Shown here piece after piece: positions 47,101-56,125 of a stretch of DNA of 64,000 bases. The position numbers and the translations under genes were made by a program. Source of the stretch: Candidatus Omnitrophota bacterium (lineage in GTDB: Bacteria > Omnitrophota > Gorgyraeia > Gygaellales > Profunditerraquicolaceae). The first letter of the stretch is position 1. Every line of letters starts with the position of its first letter. Location: positions 9,518-73,517 of the forward strand of contig JAUYDL010000018.1 of NCBI GenBank assembly GCA_030691865.1, written 5' to 3'. Under the pieces are notes generated by a model. It was not told where the DNA came from, ran no database searches, and worked only from the letters and a program-made list of their open reading frames with translations.

Positions 47101-48960
47101 TTCCTCTTTAGTCGGAATAATTCTATTCCTTTTTACGCAACGTCTTCATATAAACTATGCCAGCAACTGCAAGACCTTTTATTAAGGCTAGGCATTACCT
47201 CAAAATCAAAGAGCAAAGTATTTAAATATACATATAAAAATATTTTTACCCCAAAAACCGGTTATACCTTATATTTATTCGGGTATGAGAGTATAAATTT
47301 ATTTATCCAGCGTGTCTGTCCATTCATAATCGGGAAAAATAAACAACTGAAAGAATTACGTAATTATTATAAAGCTGTTTCCCCTGATATGGAATCTAAA
47401 GATACCTTGCCCCCTGAAGTACGAGAAATTGTAAAGCTAGAAAAAGAAAAATGCGGCTTAACCTGGAGAGAGGTTGAAAAAAAGGCCGGAGTTTCTATTA
47501 AGGAGTTTTGTGGAGAGGCTAAGGCGCATAAAAAGGGATTCAGAAGGCAGACGATAATGCAGCTAGCGCAATTTTTTGAGTCTGATCAACTCTTAAGATT
47601 AGTGAAGGCGGATGTTGTCTGGGACCGGGTTTTATCTGTAGAATACGCGGGTAGAGAGAAAACTTATGACCTTGAAATTGAAGGAATACATAACTTTATT
47701 GCCAACGGAATTATAGTCCATAATTCTCATTCAACGGCGTACGCTTTGATTTCATACCGCACTGCTTATTTAAAAGCCAATTACCCGGTAGAGTTTATGA
47801 CTGCCCTGCTTACTTCGGAACGCGATAATACCGATAAAATAGTCGAATATGTAAATGAATCGCTGCGCATGGGCTTAAAGGTACAGCCGCCGGATATCAA
47901 TGAAAGTGATGCGCTTTTTAAGGTAGAGGATAAATCAACTATCCGTTTTGGACTCTTGGCGATTAAGAATGTCGGAGGCGGCGCAGCAGAATCAATTGTT
48001 GCACGGAGAGAACAGGCGAAATTTAAATCCATGGAAGATCTTTGTCAGCGTATAGACTTGCGGTTAGCTAACCGCAAGGTTTTAGAAAGCCTGATTAAAT
48101 GCGGGGCCCTGGATTATTTTGGCCTTCCACGGGCTAAAATGTTTGTTAGCCTGGATATAATATTAGCAGGAGCGCAAAAAATCCAAAAAGAAAAATCTAG
48201 CGGTCAACTTTCATTCTTTGACCAAACTATAAAAAACAATGGATTCGGAAAAATTACGAACAATTTAGTTGATTGCAAAGAATGGCCGGAGCCGCAACTT
48301 CTGGCTTTTGAAAAAGATATGCTTGGTTTTTACGTCAGCGGCCACCCCTTAGCACGTTATGCTAAAGCGCTTAAACGCTTTGTTTCCTGCTCTACTGCTA
48401 ACCTGCATGAACATAAGGACCAGGATATAATTAAGATCGTCGGCTTAATCGTTAAAATCAAACATACCGTCACCCGGGCCAAACAAGAGAAAATGGCTAT
48501 ATTAAAATTAGAGGATTTAGATGGTGCGGTAGAAATATTGGTTTTTCCACGCGCATTCGCTAAAATAAGCTCCCATATCCAAGCCAACACCATTGTGTAT
48601 ATCCGCGGAGTGCTTGACCTTAAGGAAGAAACGCCTAAAATTATCACAGAAGACCTTTTCCCGTTTGAAGAAATTTACAAGCTCATCACAGCTATAAACA
48701 TTAACTTGTCCGGGATAAGGGAGAATATCTTTGAATCCTTAAAAACGTTATTGGGGGCTCACCGCGGTCGAGTCCCTGTATATTTACGCCTGGATACCAG
48801 CCTCGCCGGCAGGCAGGCCAGCCTCGCCGACAGGCAGGCGCCCGCTAAATCCCGTGTACAGTTAATTGTCGGTGAAGGGCTGTATGTTGAGCCAAGTGAA
48901 CAACTTATCCAGGATTTGGATGAGCTCTTAGGCCAAGAGCACTTATCTCTGGTGATATAA
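44107..48960 (+). CDS. dnaE: DNA polymerase III alpha subunit (DnaE) containing a 458-aa intein
   Basis: 1617 aa. The N-terminal PHP domain begins HLHLHTQYSLLDGA. The polymerase core and OB fold are present. The extein is 1159 aa once the intein at 46351-47724 is removed. Confidence 0.9.
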   Translation: MSHSEFVHLHLHTQYSLLDGACRIPEILAIAKSFKMDSLAITDHGSMFGAIEFYLEAQKAGIKPIIGCEVYVAPQSRLDKKSGSGIEDTANHLILLARNEEGYHNLMKLVSISYLEGFYYRPRIDKEVLAQYAAGLIGSSACLKGEIACLILQKRFNDALKAADTYQNILGKGNFYLEIQGNSIPEQKIVNAGMIKISGELGIPLVATNDVHYPTKDRAAAHEALLCIQTQTTLDDPKHMRFQTEEFYFTSPAEMKELFSECPEALKNTLEIAARCNLELDFTQLHLPKYSPPGGKNKEEFLLELCEKGLTEKNLRDNPEVQSRLDHELKIIRHMGFISYFLIVWDFIAYAKSQTIPVGPGRGSAAGSLVSYLLGITDLDPLKYGLLFERFLNPERMGLPDIDIDFCYERRQEVIDYVTKKYGQENVAQIITFGTMQARAVIRDVGRVMAVPYADVDRIAKMIPAEPDITLKKALESEPELNNLYKNDPVITKLINIALSLEGLNRHASVHAAGVIIADKPLNNYMPVFKTQDGQITTGYSMGTLEKIGLLKVDFLGLRTLTVIDETLKLIKKIRGIQIDIEKLPLDDQNTYKLLASSHTIGIFQVESSGMRDLLKKLAPERFEDLIALLALYRPGPIGSGMLDDFMKRKHGIIPIKYEHPKLESILKETYGIMVYQEQIMQIASVLAGFSLAQADILRKAMGKKIPEVMEKERKNFLSGCIKNEIKESTASKIFDLIEYFSGYGFNKCVIGSTKIIDADTGNMITMKELFSNEKSVKSTLSCNDNLKIVKTKIKDVVYNGIKPVYKLKTALGREITATSNHPMFTLKGWENLGDLTTGERIGLCRTLPIKTKSRLEEYKIIVLAGVLSEGNTCHPSGIYFYNKNIALINDFVKNIEKFKNTIPTINERRSCFEVYAGTGKDNKFLKDSSPWNKGYVKESYSTALKAMANKKSGARLYIESLGLDYKKATEKFIPEEIFYLNDAQLALFIGRLWSGDGFLFSRNNSIPFYATSSYKLCQQLQDLLLRLGITSKSKSKVFKYTYKNIFTPKTGYTLYLFGYESINLFIQRVCPFIIGKNKQLKELRNYYKAVSPDMESKDTLPPEVREIVKLEKEKCGLTWREVEKKAGVSIKEFCGEAKAHKKGFRRQTIMQLAQFFESDQLLRLVKADVVWDRVLSVEYAGREKTYDLEIEGIHNFIANGIIVHNSHSTAYALISYRTAYLKANYPVEFMTALLTSERDNTDKIVEYVNESLRMGLKVQPPDINESDALFKVEDKSTIRFGLLAIKNVGGGAAESIVARREQAKFKSMEDLCQRIDLRLANRKVLESLIKCGALDYFGLPRAKMFVSLDIILAGAQKIQKEKSSGQLSFFDQTIKNNGFGKITNNLVDCKEWPEPQLLAFEKDMLGFYVSGHPLARYAKALKRFVSCSTANLHEHKDQDIIKIVGLIVKIKHTVTRAKQEKMAILKLEDLDGAVEILVFPRAFAKISSHIQANTIVYIRGVLDLKEETPKIITEDLFPFEEIYKLITAININLSGIRENIFESLKTLLGAHRGRVPVYLRLDTSLAGRQASLADRQAPAKSRVQLIVGEGLYVEPSEQLIQDLDELLGQEHLSLVI
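46351..47724 (+). mobile_element. full-length intein with a LAGLIDADG homing-endonuclease domain, inserted in the conserved DnaE motif ...GYGFNK | SHSTAYAL...
   Basis: It starts with Cys (CVIGSTKIIDADTG, block A) and has block B ITATSNHPMF. LAGLIDADG-type blocks LAGVLSEGNT and LALFIGRLWSGDGFL are present. It ends NGIIVHN and is followed by Ser. It is in frame, at 1374 nt. Confidence 0.85.
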
Positions 48961-48965
48961 AACTA

Positions 48966-48994
48966 GGGGACGGTTCTCTAAGAGAACCGTCCCC
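48966..48994 (+). terminator. short version of the GGGGACGGTTC hairpin (GGGGACGGTTCTC-TAA-GAGAACCGTCCCC) after the dnaE stop; probable terminator
   Basis: A 13-bp stem with a 3-nt loop, followed by ATTTATT. Confidence 0.55.
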
Positions 48995-49025
48995 ATTTAT
49001 TCAACAGATTATTTCTTGACACTGT

Positions 49026-49054
49026 AACTTTTTGCTGTTATTATACTTAGCAAT
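49026..49054 (+). promoter_or_regulatory. putative promoter for the HU gene (TTGACA-N17-TATTAT)
   Basis: TTGACA at 49026-49031, a 17-nt spacer and TATTAT at 49049-49054. The SD GGGGGTGG precedes the ATG at 49067. Confidence 0.45.
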
Positions 49055-49066
49055 AGGGGGTGGAAG

Positions 49067-49339
49067 ATGACCAAAAAAGATATTGTCTTAAAAGTATCTG
49101 ATGAAACTAATCTTAAGCAGATAGACGTCAAAAAAATAGTACAGAAAACCTTTGATTGTATTATTGATGCCTTGATCAGAGGCGAAAAAATTGAATTACG
49201 TAATTTTGGTGTTTTCAAAGTAAAGCAAAGAAGGAGCCGCACAGGCAGAAATCCGCGTACTAATCAGGTTATTCCTGTCCCACCCAGAAAAGTTGTAGTC
49301 TTTAAAGCTGGCTTGAAAATGAAGCAAAAGATAAGATAA
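49067..49339 (+). CDS. hup: HU/IHF family nucleoid-associated DNA-binding protein
   Basis: 90 aa. RNFGVFKVKQRRSRTGRNPRTNQVIPVPPRKVVVFKAG forms the HU arm. Confidence 0.85.
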   Translation: MTKKDIVLKVSDETNLKQIDVKKIVQKTFDCIIDALIRGEKIELRNFGVFKVKQRRSRTGRNPRTNQVIPVPPRKVVVFKAGLKMKQKIR

Positions 49340-49421
49340 AATACGAGAGTAGTTAGTAGATAGTAGGTAGTATTTAGGGAAACCTATATGCTGACTGCTA
49401 AATGTTATATACTAAATTTAC

Positions 49422-50672
49422 ATGTTCAAAAGAATCCCTGGGACTAAAGATATCTTGCCGCAAGAATCATCTTCCTGGCAAACAGTCGAAGCAACAGCGC
49501 GCAGAATATTTTCATTCTATAATTATCAGGAAATCCGTACGCCGGTAATTGAAGAGGCATCGCTTTTTAACCGTACTTTAGGCGCAACAACCGAGATCGT
49601 ACAGAAGCAGATGTTCCTCATCCATAACCAACAGGATACTTACGCGCTGCGTCCGGAAGGAACGGCCTCAATAGTACGCAGCTATCTGGAAAATAATTTA
49701 GAAAAAACCAGCGGTTTTACAAAATTATATTATATTGGCCCGATGTTCCGACTGGAACGTCCGCAAAAAGGAAGGCTGCGTCAATTTCATCATATTGGGG
49801 CTGAAGCTATCGGCTCCGGCCAGGCCAGCCTGGATATAGAGGTAATCAGTTTAGCCGAACAATTACTAAAAAGTTTCGGAATTGCCGGTTACAAGATTAA
49901 GATTAACAGTTTGGGTTGTCCAAAAGATAAACAGGCGCTAAGAGTTGATTTGAAAAAAAGTTTACCGGAAAAATTAACCCAGTTGTGCGCGAATTGTCAA
50001 CAAAGAGCTAAAAATAACGTATTAAGAATATTAGACTGCAAAAACGAAGATTGTCAAAAAATAGTTAAAACACTTAGGGCTGGACACACCCATCTTTGTC
50101 CGGATTGTCGAAGACATTTCCAAGAGGTAAAATGCGGATTAAATGACCTGGGTATTTCATTTCAGGTGGCCCCACAACTGGTGCGCGGGCTGGATTACTA
50201 CAACCGCACGGTCTTTGAAATTACACATAGCGATCTAGGCAGCCAGGATGCGATTGGGGCAGGCGGCCGCTATAATAATTTGGTCCAGGATCTTGGCGGG
50301 CCGGAGTTAGGGGCAATCGGTTTTGCTTTCGGGGTCGAAAGGCTGCTTTTAGTGCCAAACACTTTAGTTGGGAATCCGCCAAAAAAGTTAGTTTATTTAA
50401 TTACGCTGGGAGAGGCTGCAAAATCCGCAGGCATAAAAATATTAAACCAGCTAAGATGCGCCGAAATATCTGCGGATACGGATTATTTAAATAAATCCTT
50501 AAAAGGCGCACTCCGCGCTGCTAATGATAACGGTGCAACTTTTGTTTTAATCTTAGGAGATGATGAATTAAAGAAGAATACTATTTCCGTCAAAAATATG
50601 GCTTCAAGCATACAGAAGGAAGTAGCCATACAAAATTTAACCAAGGAACTACTCAAGCCTTTCAATAAATAA
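49422..50672 (+). CDS. hisS: histidine--tRNA ligase
   Basis: 416 aa with class II motifs, the HisRS-specific region and the anticodon-binding domain. Confidence 0.9.
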   Translation: MFKRIPGTKDILPQESSSWQTVEATARRIFSFYNYQEIRTPVIEEASLFNRTLGATTEIVQKQMFLIHNQQDTYALRPEGTASIVRSYLENNLEKTSGFTKLYYIGPMFRLERPQKGRLRQFHHIGAEAIGSGQASLDIEVISLAEQLLKSFGIAGYKIKINSLGCPKDKQALRVDLKKSLPEKLTQLCANCQQRAKNNVLRILDCKNEDCQKIVKTLRAGHTHLCPDCRRHFQEVKCGLNDLGISFQVAPQLVRGLDYYNRTVFEITHSDLGSQDAIGAGGRYNNLVQDLGGPELGAIGFAFGVERLLLVPNTLVGNPPKKLVYLITLGEAAKSAGIKILNQLRCAEISADTDYLNKSLKGALRAANDNGATFVLILGDDELKKNTISVKNMASSIQKEVAIQNLTKELLKPFNK

Positions 50673-52066
50673 TGCTAAGGACACATACCTGCGCACAGCT
50701 TAAGGTTACCGATACGGGCAAACAGATAACCCTCTGCGGTTGGGTTGCCAATCGGCGCGACCATGGTAAATTAATCTTTATCGATATCCGCGACCGCTAT
50801 GGCCTTACTCAGGTCGTTTTTATCCCCAAAGAATGCCCTGCCGATAGTTATGAGAAGGCAGGGCAATTAAGAAACGAATTCGTAATTAAATTAAAAGGTT
50901 TAGTGAATAAGCGCCCCGCAGGCACAATTAATTCCAAGCTGGCTACCGGAGAAGTGGAAATTTTAGCGCAGGAATTAGAAATATTAAATCCCAGCCTTAC
51001 TCCGCCGTTTGAAATCCGGGAGGATATTGAAATAAACGAAGAGATTCGCCTTAAATATCGCTACCTGGATTTAAGGAGAACTAAAGTTTTTAATAACCTG
51101 CTTTTAAGAAGCAACCTCTATAAAGTTATTCGCGGCTATCTGGGGGGAAAGGATTTCATTGAATGCGAAACACCGATCCTTACTAAATCTACACCCGAAG
51201 GCGCCCGGGACTATCTGGTTCCTTCGCGGGCAAATCTTGGCCAATTTTTTGCTTTGCCCCAGTCTCCGCAATTATTCAAGCAGATACTGATGGTGGCCGG
51301 AATTGAAAAATATTACCAGATCGCTAAATGCTTCCGGGATGAGGATCTGCGCGCTGACCGCCAGCCGGAATTTACCCAGCTGGATATTGAAATGTCTTTT
51401 ATAAACGAAGAGGATGTCTTTAGCTTAACTGAAGGGTTAATGAAATTAATCTTCAAAGAATTTAAAAATATCGATATCCCTGTGCCTTTTACGCGCATCA
51501 GCTATAAAGAAGCGATGGAAAAATATAAGTGCGACAAACCCGACTTACGGGAGCAATTAAAGATGGATTTTGCCTTCTGCTGGGTAGTAGATTTTCCGCT
51601 TTTCAAATTTAATACCGAAGAGAAACGCTGGGAAAGCGAACATCATCCTTTTACCGCGCCGGCCACCGAAGATCTGGAAAATTTAGAGGTTGCCCCGGAT
51701 AAAGTTAAATCCCGCTCTTATGATTTAGTTTTAAATGGAATAGAGTTGGGTTCAGGCTCAATCAGAATTCATCGCCAGGAACTCCAGGAAAAGATTTTTA
51801 ATATTATCGGCCTGGAAAAAGAAGAAATTCAGAAGCGTTTTGGTTTTCTCCTGGAAGCTTTTCAGTTCGGCGCGCCGCCACATGGAGGAGTGGCTTTTGG
51901 GTTAGATCGGCTCCTGGCTATACTCTCCTGTGAGTCAAGTATCCGTGAGGTAATTACCTTTCCCAAAAACTCAAGCACATTTTGTCCGTTAACCAGTGCG
52001 CCTTCGGATGTTGAAGATAAGCAATTAAAAGAATTAGGTCTAACCGTAAGAAAAGGAGGGAAGTAA
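50672..52066 (+). CDS. aspS: aspartate--tRNA ligase, compact form lacking the GAD insertion domain
   Basis: 464 aa. The bacterial-type N-terminus MLRTHTCAQLKV...ITLCGWVANRRDHGKLIFIDIRDRYGLTQVVF forms the OB fold. Motif 3 is PHGGVAFGLDRL. It is about 125 aa shorter than typical bacterial AspRS. Confidence 0.85.
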   Translation: MLRTHTCAQLKVTDTGKQITLCGWVANRRDHGKLIFIDIRDRYGLTQVVFIPKECPADSYEKAGQLRNEFVIKLKGLVNKRPAGTINSKLATGEVEILAQELEILNPSLTPPFEIREDIEINEEIRLKYRYLDLRRTKVFNNLLLRSNLYKVIRGYLGGKDFIECETPILTKSTPEGARDYLVPSRANLGQFFALPQSPQLFKQILMVAGIEKYYQIAKCFRDEDLRADRQPEFTQLDIEMSFINEEDVFSLTEGLMKLIFKEFKNIDIPVPFTRISYKEAMEKYKCDKPDLREQLKMDFAFCWVVDFPLFKFNTEEKRWESEHHPFTAPATEDLENLEVAPDKVKSRSYDLVLNGIELGSGSIRIHRQELQEKIFNIIGLEKEEIQKRFGFLLEAFQFGAPPHGGVAFGLDRLLAILSCESSIREVITFPKNSSTFCPLTSAPSDVEDKQLKELGLTVRKGGK

Positions 52067-52067
52067 A

Positions 52068-52592
52068 ATGAACAGATTTAAACTAGCAGGAATTTGTGTA
52101 TTAACATCAACCCTGGCATTATCAGGATGCGTGGCCAGAACCTACAATTTAACGCGCGATCGGGTTGATCAAGAGCTCTCTTTGACCTCAGGTAACCGCG
52201 GCTACATCATGGGGCAAGCTCCGGAACCCAAGGAAAGAAAAACCACCCGGACCACCAGAGTCTTTGAGTTAGAGCTAGGAGCAACGAATAAAACTAAAAC
52301 CAGTTACCCGGCTGCTATTCCACTAGCAACCGGCAGCATGGATGAACCCGGAATGGTTCAGGAAACACAACCGGAAACACAAACTGAAGAAGCAAATTTG
52401 AGTTTTGAAAAATATACCGTCGCTAAAAATGATACTTTACAGAAAATCTCGAACAAATTTTACGGAACAACTAAAAGATGGATGAAGATTTATGAAGCAA
52501 ACAAGGATGTTTTGCGCGGGCCGGACAAGCTTTATCCCGGACAAATTTTAAATATTCCTTCCGGGCCTAAAGTAAGTGCGGAGAGCCAATAG
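52068..52592 (+). CDS. LysM-domain lipoprotein
   Basis: Lipobox LALSGC. The C-terminal LysM is YTVAKNDTLQKISNKFYG...YPGQILNIP. Confidence 0.6.
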   Translation: MNRFKLAGICVLTSTLALSGCVARTYNLTRDRVDQELSLTSGNRGYIMGQAPEPKERKTTRTTRVFELELGATNKTKTSYPAAIPLATGSMDEPGMVQETQPETQTEEANLSFEKYTVAKNDTLQKISNKFYGTTKRWMKIYEANKDVLRGPDKLYPGQILNIPSGPKVSAESQ

Positions 52593-52617
52593 TCCTTTGT
52601 AGTCCTTAAGCTTCATT

Positions 52618-53565
52618 ATGGATAAGATAATTCGATTCCAATCCCAAAAAGAAACGCAAGGGCTCTTGGGAGCCCATGATGCCAATCTCAAAAGCATCGA
52701 AAGAGAGTTTAAGGTAAAACTTACCTTACGCGGCGAACACCTAAAAATAAGCGGAAGCGCTGCCAATATTAAAAAAGCAAGCCAGCTGGTAGAATACCTG
52801 CTAGTGGGCTTGCGTTCAGGCAGCACTGAAATCGGCCAAACCGACCTAGCTTATTTAATTTCTAATTTAAAAAAAGGGAAGAAATCTCTGCAGTTAGAGC
52901 AATTAGACACCGGAATTATACGCTCTTGCGCAGGTAAACAAATTGGCCCCAAAACCATCGGCCAGAGGGATTATGTGGAAGCCATCCAAAAACATGATAT
53001 TGTTTTTGGCATTGGCCCCGCAGGAACGGGCAAGACTTATCTGGCGATGGCTTGCGCGGTTGAGGCGCTAAAGAAACAGGAAGTACGCCGCATTATTTTA
53101 ACCCGGCCGGCCATTGAAGCAGGAGAATCCCTGGGGTTTCTTCCCGGAGATTTAGAAGCCAAAATCTCACCGTACTTAAGGCCGCTTTATGATGCCTTAT
53201 ATGACATGATGGAGGCAGCTCGCATTGAAAAATATATCGAAACCGGAATAATCGAGGTTGCCCCGCTGGCCTACATGAGAGGCAGGACGTTAAATGATGC
53301 TTTTATTATCTTGGATGAAGCGCAGAATTGCACTGCTGAACAAATGAAGATGTTTTTAACCCGGCTGGGATTTGATTCTAAAGCCGTAATTACCGGAGAT
53401 ATAACCCAGAGCGATTTACCCGGAGCCAAACCCATCGGCCTGCTTCAGGCACAAGAGATCCTTAAAGAAATTGGGGGAATTAAATTTATTTACTTTAGCG
53501 GTTCTGATGTCGTCAGGCACTCACTGGTACAAAGAATAATTCAAGCATATGAAAAAGCTGTTTAA
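52618..53565 (+). CDS. phoH: PhoH-like ATPase
   Basis: 315 aa with Walker A GPAGTGKTYLAM and the PhoH family domain. Confidence 0.85.
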   Translation: MDKIIRFQSQKETQGLLGAHDANLKSIEREFKVKLTLRGEHLKISGSAANIKKASQLVEYLLVGLRSGSTEIGQTDLAYLISNLKKGKKSLQLEQLDTGIIRSCAGKQIGPKTIGQRDYVEAIQKHDIVFGIGPAGTGKTYLAMACAVEALKKQEVRRIILTRPAIEAGESLGFLPGDLEAKISPYLRPLYDALYDMMEAARIEKYIETGIIEVAPLAYMRGRTLNDAFIILDEAQNCTAEQMKMFLTRLGFDSKAVITGDITQSDLPGAKPIGLLQAQEILKEIGGIKFIYFSGSDVVRHSLVQRIIQAYEKAV

Positions 53566-54856
53566 TAAAACCAAACTTCTTCCTATTGGGGTATGCGTTT
53601 TCATGTTTTTCTTTAGCTACATTATCCGCATAAACCCAGGTATCCCATTCTTTTTAATCCTGCTTTATTTATGTTTTTACAAAAAATTTACTAAAATCAA
53701 GAATGCCGGATTGGTCAATTTAAGTTTTCTTTTTCTGATTTCTTTCTGCCTGGGTTATTATTTAATTAGGCAGGGATTGTCATTTTGGTTTATCCCGGTT
53801 GCGATTATCCCCATGCTCAGCGTGCTGCTATTTAATAATCTGGAAGTTGCTTATTTTTTGTCGCTGGGAACCTGCATCTCCCTGGCATCTTTGAGCCCGG
53901 AGCCATTTAAGGCCTGGTTTATTTTTATGACCTCCTGCGCCTGCGCAATACTATTGGTAAACCAAGCCCGTAAACGTACCCAGGTTATTCAGGCAGGGGT
54001 TATTGCCGGCATCCTGCAATTAGTCAGCTTGATACTCCTGGAGCATCTTTGGATTAATCATCCGCAAAGATACCTAATAATTTTAATCAATGGTTTGCTT
54101 TCCGGGGTTATCACCTTGGGAATTCTGCCCCTCTTTGAATATATCCTGCAGACCGTAACCAATATCAGCCTGTTAGAACTAGCGGATTTTAATCACCCCA
54201 TCTTACAGAGGATGGTGCTTGAGGCACCGGGGACCTATCACCACAGCCTGATTGTCGGTAATCTTTCGGATACGGCTTGCGCCGCGGTAGGAGCCAACGG
54301 CCTTTTAGCCAGAATTGGCGCATATTACCATGATATCGGTAAACTGCAAAAACCAGAGTATTTTATCGAAAATCAGGATATCAAAAAGAATGTCCATGAT
54401 GAACTTACTCCGACCATGAGTAAATTAATTATCATGAACCATGTTAAGGAAGGCTTAGAGTTAGCTAAAAAGTACTCCTTAAGCCCGGTACTCTGGGATT
54501 TTATCCAACAACACCACGGCAGGAGCCTGGTTTATTATTTTTACCGGCGGGCATTAGAGGGCAAGGAAGAAAACCAGGAGGTGGCCGAGGAAGGCTTCCG
54601 ATATCCGGGACCAAAACCCAACACCAAAGAAACCGCTATCGTATTATTGGCGGATTCCGTAGAGGCGGCCACGCGCAGCTTAAAAGACCCTACTCCGGAC
54701 AAGGTCGAAGAAATAGTGCGTAAGGTAATTAACAATAAATTTATCGACGGGCAGCTTGATGAATGCGAGCTTACTCTAAAAGATATTGAAAAGATATCCA
54801 GTGTCTTTAGTAAAATATTAAGCGGCATATATCATAGCCGGGTTAATTACCATTAA
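53549..54856 (+). CDS. 7TM receptor with intracellular HD hydrolase domain (7TMR-HD, YqfF-like)
   Basis: 435 aa. A polytopic N-terminus is followed by an HD domain (HHSLIVGNL...YHDIGK). Confidence 0.8.
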   Translation: MKKLFNKTKLLPIGVCVFMFFFSYIIRINPGIPFFLILLYLCFYKKFTKIKNAGLVNLSFLFLISFCLGYYLIRQGLSFWFIPVAIIPMLSVLLFNNLEVAYFLSLGTCISLASLSPEPFKAWFIFMTSCACAILLVNQARKRTQVIQAGVIAGILQLVSLILLEHLWINHPQRYLIILINGLLSGVITLGILPLFEYILQTVTNISLLELADFNHPILQRMVLEAPGTYHHSLIVGNLSDTACAAVGANGLLARIGAYYHDIGKLQKPEYFIENQDIKKNVHDELTPTMSKLIIMNHVKEGLELAKKYSLSPVLWDFIQQHHGRSLVYYFYRRALEGKEENQEVAEEGFRYPGPKPNTKETAIVLLADSVEAATRSLKDPTPDKVEEIVRKVINNKFIDGQLDECELTLKDIEKISSVFSKILSGIYHSRVNYH

Positions 54857-54884
54857 AAAGATGAGATGTGGAAGGAAAAGTTGA

Positions 54885-55301
54885 GTGAGGATAACTTTAA
54901 AAAATCTACAAAATAAGCTACCTATTCACTCCGGAAAAATAAAAAAATTAATCCTTAAAGTCCTTAAAGGTGAAAAGGTAAAAGAATCCGGATGGATTAA
55001 CATTTGTTTTGTAGATAATCCGCAGATTAAAAAATTTAACGCTAAATTCCTTAAAACTAAAGGTTCAACTGATGTTTTGGCTTTTAACCTAAGCGATAAA
55101 AAAGAAAAAAACATTATTTTGGCTGATATTATGATTTCCGCGCAAGCAGCTTTAAATCAAGCACGCAACTTCAAAACTACCCCGGATTATGAATTATCCC
55201 TTTATGTTGTCCACGGTATACTGCACATTTTAGGGTTTAATGACCACACGCGCGAACAGATAAAGCTGATGCGTAAAAAAGAAAGCCAATATGTCTATTG
55301 A
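54885..55301 (+). CDS. ybeY: rRNA maturation endoribonuclease YbeY
   Basis: 138 aa with the zinc motif HGILHILGFNDH. Confidence 0.85.
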   Translation: MRITLKNLQNKLPIHSGKIKKLILKVLKGEKVKESGWINICFVDNPQIKKFNAKFLKTKGSTDVLAFNLSDKKEKNIILADIMISAQAALNQARNFKTTPDYELSLYVVHGILHILGFNDHTREQIKLMRKKESQYVY

Positions 55302-56049
55302 TCGAGCTAGAGGATTAGTTTTAAACAAGAGAGAGTTACGCGAGACTTCCTTAATTGTAGATTTTTACACCCAAGAATTTGGAAAAATAAGCGGGATACT
55401 TAAAGGTATCCGCACTGATCCGAAAAAGTTCGCTTCAAATTTAGAGCTTTTTTCACTAAATGAGATTATCTTTTACAGAAAAACGCACTCCAGCTTCCAT
55501 TTAGTAAGCCAGGCGGATAAAATAGATAACTTTACCCGCATCAGGCAAAATATCGAAAGAACAACTACTGCGAGTTTTATGATGGAAATGGTCTCTACTA
55601 TAATGCAGCTTGAAGATAAAAACGAGGAGATCTTTAATTTAACATTGGCAGCCTTGAAAGAATTAGAGACCAACTATAGCCCGGAAAAAATTGCCACCAT
55701 ATTTAAAATTAAAATGCTCAGTCTTTCAGGATTTAAGCCGCATTTCGATTCCTGCGTTTGTTGCCGGGATAAGATTATGGGGCAATCCAAGTTTAGTCTT
55801 TCTTTAGGCGGTCTGCTTTGTCCGCGCTGTATGCCCAAAGACCCCGGCAGCCGCTCGATATTCCGGGGGACCATCGCCACGGTCTTACATATCGAAAAAA
55901 ACAGTTTTAACAGCTCCTTGAGCCTGGGAATGAATCCTCAGATAAAAAAAGAATTGGAGTTGATCCTGAATGCTTTTTTGAATTTTCACCTTGGCCGCGA
56001 ACTAAAATCTCAGAAGCTGATTAATAAATTAGAAGTCCCCGTTGGATAA
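55291..56049 (+). CDS. recO: DNA repair protein RecO
   Basis: 252 aa. The N-terminal OB fold MSIDRARGLVLNKRELRETSLIVDFYT is present, with a C-terminal Cys4 zinc site (CVCC...CPRC). Confidence 0.8.
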   Translation: MSIDRARGLVLNKRELRETSLIVDFYTQEFGKISGILKGIRTDPKKFASNLELFSLNEIIFYRKTHSSFHLVSQADKIDNFTRIRQNIERTTTASFMMEMVSTIMQLEDKNEEIFNLTLAALKELETNYSPEKIATIFKIKMLSLSGFKPHFDSCVCCRDKIMGQSKFSLSLGGLLCPRCMPKDPGSRSIFRGTIATVLHIEKNSFNSSLSLGMNPQIKKELELILNAFLNFHLGRELKSQKLINKLEVPVG

Positions 56050-56059
56050 AATACTTCCC

Positions 56060-56125
56060 CCCTCGCGGAGCTTTAGGGTCATTTTTCCCCAAGCGCCGGA
56101 GGCTGGGGAAAAATGAGGAGGCTAA
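56060..56125 (+). promoter_or_regulatory. second copy of the 65-nt conserved leader, with a 12-bp perfect hairpin (TCATTTTTCCCC...GGGGAAAAATGA) overlapping the SD of panE
   Basis: 56079-56116 is identical to 4031-4068. The flanking CCCCCCTCGCGGAGCTTTAGGG versus CCCCCTCGCGGGAGCTCGGGG is near-identical. Confidence 0.6.

Noticed and set aside
1956-48994. Whether the recurring GGGGACGGTTC hairpins could be a CRISPR array
   Set aside because: The copies are tens of kb apart at gene 3' ends. They are palindromic within each unit and are not separated by regularly sized unique spacers. There are no cas genes.
49340-49421. Low-complexity TAGT/TAGG-rich tract (tagttagtagatagtaggtagta) between hup and hisS as a possible regulatory repeat
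   Set aside because: There is no clear periodicity or palindrome. It is probably just AT-rich spacer, and it was kept out of the features.
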